A stretch of 64,000 bases of DNA from Ascidiella aspersa (Eukaryota). The notes under the pieces are model-generated. The model searched no databases. It had not been told where the DNA came from and worked only from the letters and a program-made list of their open reading frames with translations. The stretch is taken from the NCBI GenBank assembly GCA_963924565.1, contig OZ004613.1:15996001-16060000 (forward strand), written 5' to 3'. Below, piece after piece: positions 50,213 through 61,283 of the stretch. Numbering within the stretch: position 1 is the first letter of the stretch; each line of letters opens with the position of its first letter. The position numbers were made by a program, and so were the translations under genes.

Positions 50213-52246
50213 ATGATTTGGTCAAAACACATTCTTTGTAAAACTCAAAACATTAGAAGCAGATGGCTTTCGGTTGTCACCAGAGCGTACACAAATGTAT
50301 CTCTTTCCACTGACATACCTGAAGTTGATTGTTTTAAAGGTGTTAGAAGTTATGAAGATTTACATAAGTTTTCCATCACAAATCCCAATGAATTTTGGGG
50401 TGTTCTTGGAAAGTCCAGAATCGATTGGATGAAACCTTTTGATAAAGTAATGGAGTGCAACATGCATAAAGGTGACTTCAAGTGGTTTTTGGGTGGTCAG
50501 TTAAATGTTTCAGTTAACTGTGTTGATCGGCATGCTGCTAAAACCCCTGATAAGATAGCACTAATTTGGGAAAAAGATGAGCCAAACCAAACAGAAATGG
50601 TCACTTATCAGGAGTTGTTGGATTTGGTTTGCCAAATTGCAAACTGCCTAAAGGAACACAAGGTCAACAAAGGTGACAGGGTTGCCATTTACATGCCAGT
50701 TTCCCCACTTGCAGTGGCATCAATGTTGGCTTGTGCTAGAATTGGTGCAATACATAGTGTAGTTTATGCTGGATTTAAGCCTGATTCTTTGGCAGAACGA
50801 ATTGAAGATGCTGGTGTTGAAACAGTTTTGACCACTGACCAATGTGTACGTGGTGGAGAGGTAATTGAATTGAAAAAAAATGTGGATGAGGCAGTTGCTA
50901 AGTCATCCTCTGTTAAAAGGGTTTTAGTAAGCAAGCGTACAGGGGCACCTATTTCAAAAGGTCCTTTTGATATTGATTTCGATGCAGCGGTAGCCAAGTC
51001 TTCAAAAGTTTGCCAACCTGAGGCGATGGATAGCGAAGATATGCTTTTTATGCTTTATACTTCTGGAAGCACTGGTAAACCGAAAGGTTTGGTACACACA
51101 CAAGCTGGCTACTTACTTTATACCAACGTTACTCAAAAATTTGTGTTTAATTATCAAGAGGGTGATGTATTTGGTTGTGTTGCAGATATTGGTTGGATAA
51201 CTGGTCACAGCTATGTAGTATACGGCCCACTATCTAATGGTGCCACAACCATCCTCTTTGAAAGTAAACCAAGATATCCTGATCCAGGTCGGTACTGGGA
51301 CATGGTACAGAGACTTAAAATCAACCAATTTTATTGTGCTCCAACTGGTATTCGGAGCTTGTTAAGATCTGACAACTCTTTTGTCAAGAAGTATGACCTT
51401 TCATCACTCAAAGTACTTGCCAGTGTTGGGGAACCAATTGATCATGAGGCTTGGGAATGGTACCGTACTGTAGTAGGGGGTGGAAGATGTGATGTGATAG
51501 ATTCATGGTGGCAAACAGAAACTGGTGGAATAGCCATTGCTCCAAGGCCATCAAGTGCTGGTGCCGAAATTGTACCTGCCATTGCTATGCGGCCATTTTT
51601 CGGAATCCAACCTGCTATTTTGGATAAAAATGGAAAGGAAGATACAAGTCTCGGTGCAAATGGTGCATGCTGTATCAAGTATCCATGGCCAAGTATTGCC
51701 CGTACCATTTATGGAGACCATGATAGGTTTTTGGAAACCTATTTTAAAAAATATCCTGGCTACTACTTTTCTGGTGATGGTATTAAGATAAATAAAAATG
51801 GTTATTATCAACTAACTGGTCGGATGGATGATGTAATGAGCATAAGTGGCATAAGACAAGGCTCAGCTGAGGTTGAAGATATCCTAACTGAACATAAAGA
51901 TGTTTCTGAAGCAGCAGTTGTAGGAATCCCGCATGCTATTAAGGGTGAGGAACCATTTGCTTATGTAATCACCAAACAGGGCACAACTACTGACATGGAT
52001 CAGTTGAGGTCGGATTTACAGGGCATGATTAAACAGAGGATAGCACAATTTGCTGTTCCCCGCCTCATGTTATTTGCTGATGAAGACGTTTTGCCAAAAA
52101 CCAGATCTGGAAAAATAATGCGAAGAATTTTGCGTAAAATTGCAGTCTGTGAATTTAAACAGCTTGGGGACACTACCACTTTGGCAGAACCAGCTGTGGT
52201 TGAAAAGCTCATTAAATTACGTAGGTCTATGGAGATTAACAAATAG
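50213..52246 (+). CDS. ACSS1: Acetyl-CoA synthetase, mitochondrial ACSS1-like, single coding exon, 677 aa
   Basis: Arg/Ser/Thr-rich N-terminal transit-like peptide; WF.GG.LNVSVNCVDRH, LIWEKDEP, YTSGSTGKPKG, ADIGWITGHSY, SVGEPI, WWQTETGG, AMRPFFGI.P, LPKTRSGKIMRR. Confidence 0.93.
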   Translation: MIWSKHILCKTQNIRSRWLSVVTRAYTNVSLSTDIPEVDCFKGVRSYEDLHKFSITNPNEFWGVLGKSRIDWMKPFDKVMECNMHKGDFKWFLGGQLNVSVNCVDRHAAKTPDKIALIWEKDEPNQTEMVTYQELLDLVCQIANCLKEHKVNKGDRVAIYMPVSPLAVASMLACARIGAIHSVVYAGFKPDSLAERIEDAGVETVLTTDQCVRGGEVIELKKNVDEAVAKSSSVKRVLVSKRTGAPISKGPFDIDFDAAVAKSSKVCQPEAMDSEDMLFMLYTSGSTGKPKGLVHTQAGYLLYTNVTQKFVFNYQEGDVFGCVADIGWITGHSYVVYGPLSNGATTILFESKPRYPDPGRYWDMVQRLKINQFYCAPTGIRSLLRSDNSFVKKYDLSSLKVLASVGEPIDHEAWEWYRTVVGGGRCDVIDSWWQTETGGIAIAPRPSSAGAEIVPAIAMRPFFGIQPAILDKNGKEDTSLGANGACCIKYPWPSIARTIYGDHDRFLETYFKKYPGYYFSGDGIKINKNGYYQLTGRMDDVMSISGIRQGSAEVEDILTEHKDVSEAAVVGIPHAIKGEEPFAYVITKQGTTTDMDQLRSDLQGMIKQRIAQFAVPRLMLFADEDVLPKTRSGKIMRRILRKIAVCEFKQLGDTTTLAEPAVVEKLIKLRRSMEINK

Positions 52247-53267
52247 GATCCAGGTGTATTCTTCAAGTATGTGATATTTAGTAGAGTTTGCCATATATAA
52301 TTATTATCATTTTAGCCTATAACAGTGAATATGTAGTCACTTTTACACATGTGTGCAATATTCTGTTTACCATTTAGTTTATATATGGGATACACTTTTT
52401 ATACTGTTACTCATTTCACTGCACAAAAACATAAATCTTGGTTTCGAGAAACAAGTGGCACAAATTGTATTGTAATTTTATGGTTGGTGTAAAGTAAATA
52501 TTTAAAAAATTTCTCTTTGGTTTCCAGTGTGCTTTTCTCAGCTGTTACATTCTTAAACACTTTTGAAATGAAAGAGTCATGTCACAAATGTGTGTATGTC
52601 ATCAGACTCATCACTCATCAATTTTATAATCCAAGATATTGTAAAGTAAGGATGAGTCACACCTCACATGTAGTGTATTAGGCTTTACTTTTTTGTTTTT
52701 AGTGTTACATGAAATAATGATACTTGTTAATAATGTTGCAGTGCAAAATTTCTCATTTTACCGTCATTTTTATTGCAATAACTAAATGCATATGTAAAGA
52801 TTCCTTTAAAAGATTGTTGTAAACTCTGGTTTATAACTTGGCAACATACATAAACTTTAAAGCTATGGTTGGCAGTTGACATCTTTTATCATTTGAAAGT
52901 GTTAACCAATGTAGTATTGCATTTTCCAAACCGGAAGAAAAAAACAAACAAATTCCACACTGATATTGTTATAAGGTGTTTAGCTTTAAAAATGTAGAAT
53001 CGGTGTTCTTTTTAAAATATACTGTACCAGAAGTGGTTTTAGATCCAGCTCGTATATTTCAAAAATACTAATGACATCATTGATTTAATAAAAAAATTGT
53101 TTTTTGACATCAATTACATGTTCATATATATTTATATGTTTATTCATGTCAGGTAAATAATTTAACATGCTTACACTTTTGCAGATTCCTTTACAGATCT
53201 TCTATCAACCAATTTTTTATAGGACTGCTTAACATTTAAAAATTGGCTGAAAAACTTTTGTGGGAAG

Positions 53268-56200
53268 ATGAGTACTTGCAGACTGTTACCAAGTCATAGG
53301 TGGAATTCCATTGCAACCTATTTAAATCGTAGGTGCCTGTTACGTCAGACTGCTTTGACTTATGTAAAGCAACTAAAAAATTGAAACAATAAATGCTTTT
53401 TAAGTGTAAATTGCAGATTATGCTTGTTTTCAGAATACATTTTGAAACCATCCAGTACTGAAAATTATTCTACAAACCGAAATCATTCTTTTAAAGCACC
53501 AACCAGACCTAAGCTTAAAGTTGCTGATCAAGAGACTGATTATGCCCAAGTAAGTTCATTTAAAGCTTTATAACTTATTTACTGGCTGTTATCACACTTT
53601 TGTTTTATTTATTATGTATGTGATTTATAAACTGAGAATACAATATTGCATTACTAGGGCCGGTATGACCCAAATTTATTCAGTGAAGAATATGTACCAC
53701 CGCTTGTTCAACCAGAGTGGCACCGGAACAAATTAAAATATCGTTTGGAAAGAATGGACTGCCTTCGCAGAAGACAAGCTGTTGAGATTCCAGAATTTTA
53801 CCCTGGTAGCATCCTTGCCGTAACGATAGCAGATCAAAACGCTATTGGCAAAACATCAAGGTTACCTTTGGTCTGCAAGGTTTAGGACTATTTCTAGAAG
53901 TATTGCTATTTTTCTACTAACTTGTAAATGTTTGATCTACATCGCAATTCTCTGATAAACCACCTATTTACTGAATCCTACTTATTTTGACAACAAAGCT
54001 AAAAAAAATATAGCTAGAACAAACTGGTAATTGTATGCCTACATATTGCTTTGTTCATTTGTTATCACATCATTTGGGCCATGGTTTAGTTAGCGATGAC
54101 AGAATCAGATTGCTTTTGCCTAGCCTACTGCATAACTATGGATGTCCAAGAGTATTGAACTCAAAAGGGTTTAAATGCAAACCCATATATCATTTTAGTG
54201 CATTTTACACCTGGAGCTATTTGTCAGGGTACATTTATATTTGTCGGAGGTACATTTAGTCAACCAACCTGCACCTTTTTAAAACATTTGTAGTGCTTGT
54301 CCTAAGACACACATGGCACATTGAACTAGGACTGTAATGTAATTCCTTTTAATTTTAGAAAACAAACTGCCATCATATCATTGCATCAAAAATACAAGGC
54401 AAAAAACAAAATATAGCTTATTTAATTAAATGGGGCTTGTGCCATATGGATGTAGTGTTTCCAAAAACACAGGTTAAAATTAGTTATTAAATTGCTTAGG
54501 TGTGGTTAAAAATGTTAAGCAGGTTAAATTTTAGTTCAGAGGAAGTTTGGCGCTGTGACTGCCAAAATGGTTTGTTGCCTTAAAAAACATAAAGTAACCG
54601 GAATTTTAACTTTCAATCGATTGCCAATATATTTTTATTAACTTGAATCACTATTAATAGCTAAATATTTAAATGTTTTAAACAAATCATGTGGTGTAGA
54701 GTTTAAAATGAACCTTATCCATAACCAACAAGTTTTTTTGACAAAGGTCTATCAATATTTAATATAATTTCTTTTTTTTAATATAATATAATTTCACAAA
54801 CATACATAATTTGAAAATTGAGGTGCAGCTTCTACATTACAAAAACTGCCGCCAATAAACTGTTTTAAATTACAGAGTTATTGTTGGTATTTATTCCAGA
54901 TTTGTTGGAAGGTGTTTGTACAATGATGGGTTCGGTCTGGGTTGCAAGTTCTGTTTAAGAAATATTGTAGATGGAGAGGGAATTGAAATGACGTACCATC
55001 TTTATGGCCCATACATTCAATCTATTGAGGTTACTAAAATATTTATTTTCATGAACATTGTGTCAAGTTGCAAATTACTCATTGGCCTCCATTTGTTCTT
55101 CTGTTTGTCATGCTAAATTGTAATGGTATTTGTCATTTGTTTTGCACATACACATGTTTTATAACAAAACAAATGAAATACATCGCTAAGCATTTACCTT
55201 TTTTAAAGTTACTTTTTTAGTAATATTAAGCCAGGGATTCCCAACATTTTTACGATCTCGTACCACTTTGCGCTCTGTAGTGTCATGCGTACCAGCTTAC
55301 AACTACCATTATTTAACGCTACTTGTATTAAGCTTTAAAACAGTAGATTATATCTATCAAAACTAATCATTTGACATAATTATAACGCCCACTGTCCCAC
55401 AGCGGTATGCACTTTACAAAAAAACTGTGCCCCTTGTCAACAATTGACATGGCCTGTATTTTAAAGATTGCATTGTTTCGAAACAACAGGAATAGTTAAG
55501 AAATGGGCTAAGAATGGGCTTTGGGGGGAAAAAATGTATAAAAACAAATCAGACAAACAAAAAATAAAGTTTTGAATCCAGGGTTTATTGAAAAAAACGG
55601 AAGCTACTACCACCAGAAAAAACCTTTGCGTACCACAGGTTGGGAACCCTGTATGAAGCAAACAAATACAACATAAATTTGCTTTTACCTTATGTGATGG
55701 AAAAAAAACTTTTTCAAATTTACAGACCTCATAAAGGCTTATAGTATGCATATTTATGAACTGTATCGTTACAGCTCCATTGACACATTAAATTAAAATT
55801 TTATGTTAAAATGCTAAGCATTCACCTATGTTGTTCTTTTTCTGCCAAAATTGCAGACAGATTACAGCTATTTAATTGTCATATCTTGTTGTTTTATTGA
55901 ATAAATTAATAACCTACTAATTTAGGTTTACTAACAATGGTTTTAAAAGAGTTAAACAGATTTTCCATTATTTCTGCCAAAAAAATGTTAGCATCATGCC
56001 AAGTTAAAATGCAAAATGAGTGATAAAAAAGGAAGAAAAACTGAAATGTTATTTATATTTTATTTTTAATAAATTAAAATTCGACCATATTTCAAGTATA
56101 TATATATAAAGTCATATGGGTTGATCTCTAGTTTAAAACTTTTCACTCCAGATAAGTTTTTTTTATTACAGAAACCAATTTAATTAAGTATATATATAAA

Positions 56201-56917
56201 AAGTGATATTGGTTGATCTCTAGTTTAAAACTTTGCGGGCACAACACAAGGCCAACATTTTTCAGAATGTTATATGTAAAAACAAAATATAATTAAATAT
56301 AGATCAACTGACTGCAATAAATTAAATTAACTTCAGGTTTTACAATTGGAGAAATGGATTGACACTGACCTACGCTACCTACGTGATGCAGACCCCACTC
56401 TTTGCACAATAGACCCGAAAATGTCTGCCATAGCTCCAACACCTACGTCAGAAGAACTGCCTCTGTTTCAGGTATGGATATTGGATAGCTCGGTGTTTAT
56501 CTGCAAACTTTGAACTAACACGATAAGGAAATTCTCTTGAGTAAATCTAAAAATTTCAATTGTTGAACACCAATCAATTATACAGGGAAAAGTTAAAATG
56601 AACAAAATGCCATGGAGTTTTCAGTACCACAAGCAATGGCCTCGGCCATACAATGTATTTCTTGAAGAGTTCTTTCTTGAAGAGGAATTACTTGAAAATG
56701 AGCGGTGAGTATTTTGCTGTATTACCATGTGGTTATTGAATGTACAAACCTAAAACAGAGTTAAAAATAAATGGCATATTACAGATTTATTGAAATGGAT
56801 TCTTGGCGACATTTTGACATTTGTCGACACTACGATTTATACAAAGTAAAGCCAGAAATAATCCAAGAAATGAAAGACAACAAACAGCGAATTGAGGTTG
56901 CGGATGCCACATCATGA
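53268..56917 (+). CDS. MRPL19: Mitochondrial ribosomal protein bL19m, 7 exons, about 305 aa
   Basis: Exons 53268-53332, 53417-53549, 53658-53860, 54900-55029, 56337-56471, 56586-56704, 56785-56917 (918 nt; intron-1 boundaries ambiguous). Motifs LERMDCLRRR..EIPEFYPGSILAVT.AD..A.GK.SRFVG.C, LRNIVDGEGIE, IEVLQLEK..D.DL.YLRDA, KVKMNKMPWS. Confidence 0.92.
55232..55651. mobile_element. hAT-type MITE in an MRPL19 intron
   Basis: CAGGGATTCCCAAC...GTTGGGAACCCTG; TSD TATTAAGC/TATGAAGC (7/8). Confidence 0.8.
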
Positions 56918-58630
56918 CGTCTGACTTGTTGACATGTTTTTGTCCGTACATGACCTTTGCTCTTCAGTGAGCTGTTGTTTGATGCGTTTCTTTGTTTCAG
57001 TGAACTCATCCATAATTTTCTTTTTCCGCATTAGCTTTTCTATTGATTCATGCTTAGCACGAATTCGCATGTCCTCCAGCTTATCCGCCAATACTGTATG
57101 CCTGACTTCAACTTCTGGAGGCAGCACATGTCTGAGATATCACAATTTAATTAATGGTGGGCGGTGACATAATTAATATATCAAAAGGGAAAATACATAT
57201 TGAACAGTCCTAATCCTTCACAGGTGACTTACTTTATTTTCAATTCCTTTAAAGTTTTGCAGTATGTTTCAAATCTAAAATTCCTCAATTTATTCAACAA
57301 GTGCCATCGTTTCACATAGTTATGGTTTATGACGGTCCGCATTCTGTAAAGCTGTTGAAAATACACTTTTTACATTACAAAACTACTTGCATTTTAAACA
57401 CATTGTACATACTGTTTTTTTGGAAGTATATGCCTGTCTCAATTTGTTTCTCAGTTCAGCTGTCAGCTTTGCAACTACATACAGATAAAGCAAAAATAAG
57501 TAAGTGGCTATATTTTTTTTGAGTTTAGGGTGGATGTATTATTAGATTTAGTGTTTCCAGTTTTGCATTATTTCAATCGCTAAAACGCGCAAAACTTTAG
57601 TCGGGCTACTGGTTATCAGTAAAGTACTCCATTTTCAGGCATGATAATTTTACAAATAACGTTATTACAGCCACGCAATTTCAAGCTGCAAAATCCAAAC
57701 TTCCCAATCTGGAATATACACAGATTTAAACACTTTTTTAGCCCGGTGAATGCCTTACTAATAATAACATCTATTTTTCAATGATGATGGCCAAACCATT
57801 GGCCACAAAGTTTGTAATTCTAGCATTGTGGTTACTTTTTGCTTCAGTAGAGGAAAAATCATGTTCATGTTGTTGGACTTTTTTAATAAGTTCTATTTCA
57901 TATTCCTTAACCCTCTTTTTGTTTCTTGCAAAAGTGGTGGAACTTACTTCTTTTGCATCACTGTAAAACACAAAAATGTAAATAGGACTTAAAAAAAATT
58001 AACAAAATTTTATTTTCTTTACCATATAAATATATGCAACTTAATATAACATAATTTTTTTACAGATAGTAATATTATGCTACATTACATTTGTTGTACT
58101 GTTTTTTCTATATCATCTTGTTTGGGATTGGTTGTGATTTTACAGTGTTGACTAATTGGCCCAAAATATCTTGCAACATGAACACCTAATTAAATATAAC
58201 ACTATTAGGAAAAGGTTAAAAGCATAGGTATAAAATTATTTGTAGGTTAGGGTGAGGATTTGACAATTCATTTCCAACACTCTGATGAAAAGTAATATAA
58301 AATGTAGCTGTGCTACAATTTTTAACACGCTTGTTTATTACATAGTATTAAGAACTACACATGGTTGGGGTTGTAGTGTTTGTTAGCTACCATTTCTCAG
58401 AAATTACGATAAATTTTAGAAGTTTTCCAACTGCATATATCAAACACGATACTTAATTTCGTTTCCGCGAATATTTTATCTTTTTTGTAGTAATACAGCA
58501 TTGCGACAATTTCACATAAAATACATAAATTTGTTTTTCACTAAACTATCAGTGAGAGTTATATTGACTCACGTTTGCAATATTACCAAACATAATTACC
58601 TTGTTTAGTCAAAAATAATCTAGCGAACAT
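56912..58630 (-). CDS. MRPS15: Mitochondrial ribosomal protein uS15m, 6 exons, about 217 aa
   Basis: Minus-strand exons 58630-58600, 58185-58089, 57960-57836, 57474-57413, 57351-57233, 57131-56912; all GT-AG and phase-consistent (654 nt). MFARLFLTKQ transit-like start; IKKVQQHEHDFSSTEAKIAKLTAELRN...KRWHLLNKLRNFRFETYCKTLKELKIKHVLPP matches the uS15m pattern (D..S.E..IA.LT..IR; R..LL..LR......L..L.I....PP). Confidence 0.85.
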
Positions 58631-60362
58631 GTTGCGAGAAAAATACAGGGTGTAATTATTTGCAAAACACCATACGCTCGTAAAATCCGAATAATAGGGG
58701 AATAACCTAAAGTGCATTAAAATCAGTCATTATTAGGGCAATAATTATATTTGACAAGTCAAAATATTGCTTGCAAGGTTTAATCATAATGAGATGTCAT
58801 AAAACAAGTAGCTCTAACATCATGAGGTTATCGTTCGGCCTTACGTACAAATATGTGTATATTTCAACAGGGGAGACATGACCACCGTACTATCTGAACT
58901 CCACTAAATCGAAACTAAAACAAACTGCCATTGTAATTTAAAGAGCATACAGTCAGGTCGCTTATAGATTTATTGTGCATTCACATAATTTAGCATATTT
59001 CGCTTTCAATAAAAGAGCTTACAGCGCAGTAAAAACACGTGTTGCCAGTAATAAAGGCGTGCATTGTTGACTGTGTTGCAGTAGAAAATATACGACTAAC
59101 ATTTTAGTAAAAGCGAATGCGTTGAGGATTAAAACTGGCCAGTTAACGAGCAGGATGCAGGGAAAGGAAATATACCAGAACGACTTAAACAGGCATTTAG
59201 CACACGCACAACAAACACAGTAAATAACAAATACAGACGGTGGGACCTCTACATATGCAACTAAAATCTCAATCCAAATAGGCTGAATTAGATTGCGACA
59301 AAAAGAATTTGCGAGAAGAGAAAATTCTGTTTTTGTCGGCTCGGGGGCATTAATTTGTCGGGTCAGGACATTCACGATTGATCACAAATGGCTGTACTGA
59401 AATGACGTAAAAAGTTTTCGTGACGTGCAAAAAGCGGATTTATACGCAGGATTACCATACCGTGTTTATTTGTAAGATTTGTTCTTGTTTTTGGTTGCAG
59501 TGTCTTAGAACATACTAATGTGCCTATTTCTAAGAAATGTGCTTAATTTTAAATTGTCTTAGTTTGTCTTATTTTAGAACTTATTAGGCCTCACTATGGT
59601 TTTTGTTGCATGGTTTCTTATATTTCCTTCGTTTAACGATCATCAAGTTAATAAAGCCCGCAATCGTAAATCATAACAGTTATCCAACCTCCGATGGTCA
59701 GGCCTCACAATTAGGTGAAAAAAGTTTAGGGTCCCAGGCATCACGTATCGTTCACTATTAAAAGTTTCGCCAACTCAACAAAATAAAGTACTTGTTTCGC
59801 GCTTTGCGTGATTAAGCATTATTCGTGTTTAAATACCCTTAAAAAATCCATTTGCTGGTCTTAGCAGATTTAAGCATGCCCACAAATATAAAGTATGAAG
59901 GTTAAGATCCAAGCAAAACTACAAAGGTTGTGAAAAAGATCCAAAACAAAACAACTTTATTCAACAAGAGCAGAACAATATGTAGCTACGCAAATAGCAC
60001 CTTCAGTTCTGCTAAGCTTTTGCTAACACAACGAAACATATGAAGGTTAACAATTGCTTAATCATGTTCAGTGGTGAAAGTAATAGTCGGGGTGGTTGGG
60101 GGTAGGGGGGAGCACGAAAATGTTAAGGGATGACTTCACAATGTTATGCCATGACGTAACAAAACATTAATCTTAAAATGACTTGTTGTAGAGCAAACTC
60201 ATGCGCTAATTGCAAAATTTGCCAAAACACATTAAAGAGATTCGCATATACAAAAATGCATTTTATACAGGTTCACAGCGTAGCACGCCATAAGCGTCTA
60301 TAGTTTAGGGGCGGCATCGCCGTTTACGTAATCAAAACAGAGTGGACATATATAGCCTACAA

Positions 60363-60922
60363 CAGGGGTCGGCAACCTACGGCCCGAATGACACTATGTT
60401 TGGTTCGTTTACGTTTGGATGCTGTCTTTTGAACTAGATCAGCGGTTCTTTACCGTTGCGCTGTTGAAGGGTGCCAAAAAAAAGTGCGTCGCGGACAAAC
60501 GGAAAACGTATTCAAAAATATTGGGCATATATCTTTTAACATATTTGTTTTATTTTCGGCAAAATAAAAAATTTTAAGAAATTTAAAAGAAATGCCGATA
60601 CACCAAAAAAATCGCAAGATGCGCCCGGACACAAAAAGATTTATAACACTGAACTACTTTTACTATGATGGTTATCTCGTTTCTTTAAAGTAGTTTTATT
60701 ACACTTTTTATTACTATGGATGACGACCTGTGAACTCGAATTTTATACCCAACTAACGCTTTTTGTACCACTTTACTGCCTCAAGTAATTAAACACATTT
60801 CTAAGTGGAAAAAAAGATAAGAGGTCCTACTGATTAAAAGTTGTTATAACATTTGTGCGGCCCGCAGAGACCTTTTTGTGGTTGGTTTTGGCCCGCGATT
60901 AGAAAAAGGTTGCCGACCCCTG
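60363..60922. mobile_element. hAT (Charlie-like) MITE
   Basis: Perfect 16-bp TIR CAGGGGTCGGCAACCT; TSD GCCTACAA/GCCTACAC (7/8). Confidence 0.88.
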
Positions 60923-61283
60923 GCCTACACCAATCCACTTGTAGGGGTTTTATATAATTAACTCATACACCATATCATTACGTGAATAAAGTATTCCACC
61001 ATATGTGCTATTTCACAATTTAGAGTTTTTGGCCATTGTCAGTTTTCAAATTTACTGCGCATGCGCACGATAGCTGGCTTTCAACTTTAGTTGAAAGTTA
61101 AATATCCAGAAATTCGTTGATTAGTGCTGTTGACAAAGATACGTTTAGAAATATACGAATAGAAACAGTTGGCGAAAAGGGAACAATTAAGTAGGCTAAT
61201 GCGATATGAAAGTGATGTATTTAATGGTGAAATTAGAAGTTTTACTTTTAAAGTTTATATTGCACAAAACGTAAGAAAATGTA

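Noticed and set aside
50213-52246. Horizontal transfer of a bacterial acs gene, suggested by the lack of introns
   Set aside because: Mitochondrial presequence, ACSS1-type motifs (LIWEKDEP, AMRPFFGI, AQFAVP) and host-like CpG depletion point to an animal origin.
56915-56932. Readthrough or selenocysteine at the MRPL19 TGA-C stop
   Set aside because: It would add only a few residues before another TGA, no SECIS was recognised, and the context is dictated by the antisense CDS.
59019-59375. 118-aa minus-strand ORF and other short ORFs (e.g. 33550-33918, 36656-37057, 20855-21172, 41840-42244)
   Set aside because: No recognisable domains or splice-consistent structure; several have non-ATG starts, lie in repeats or span the gap.
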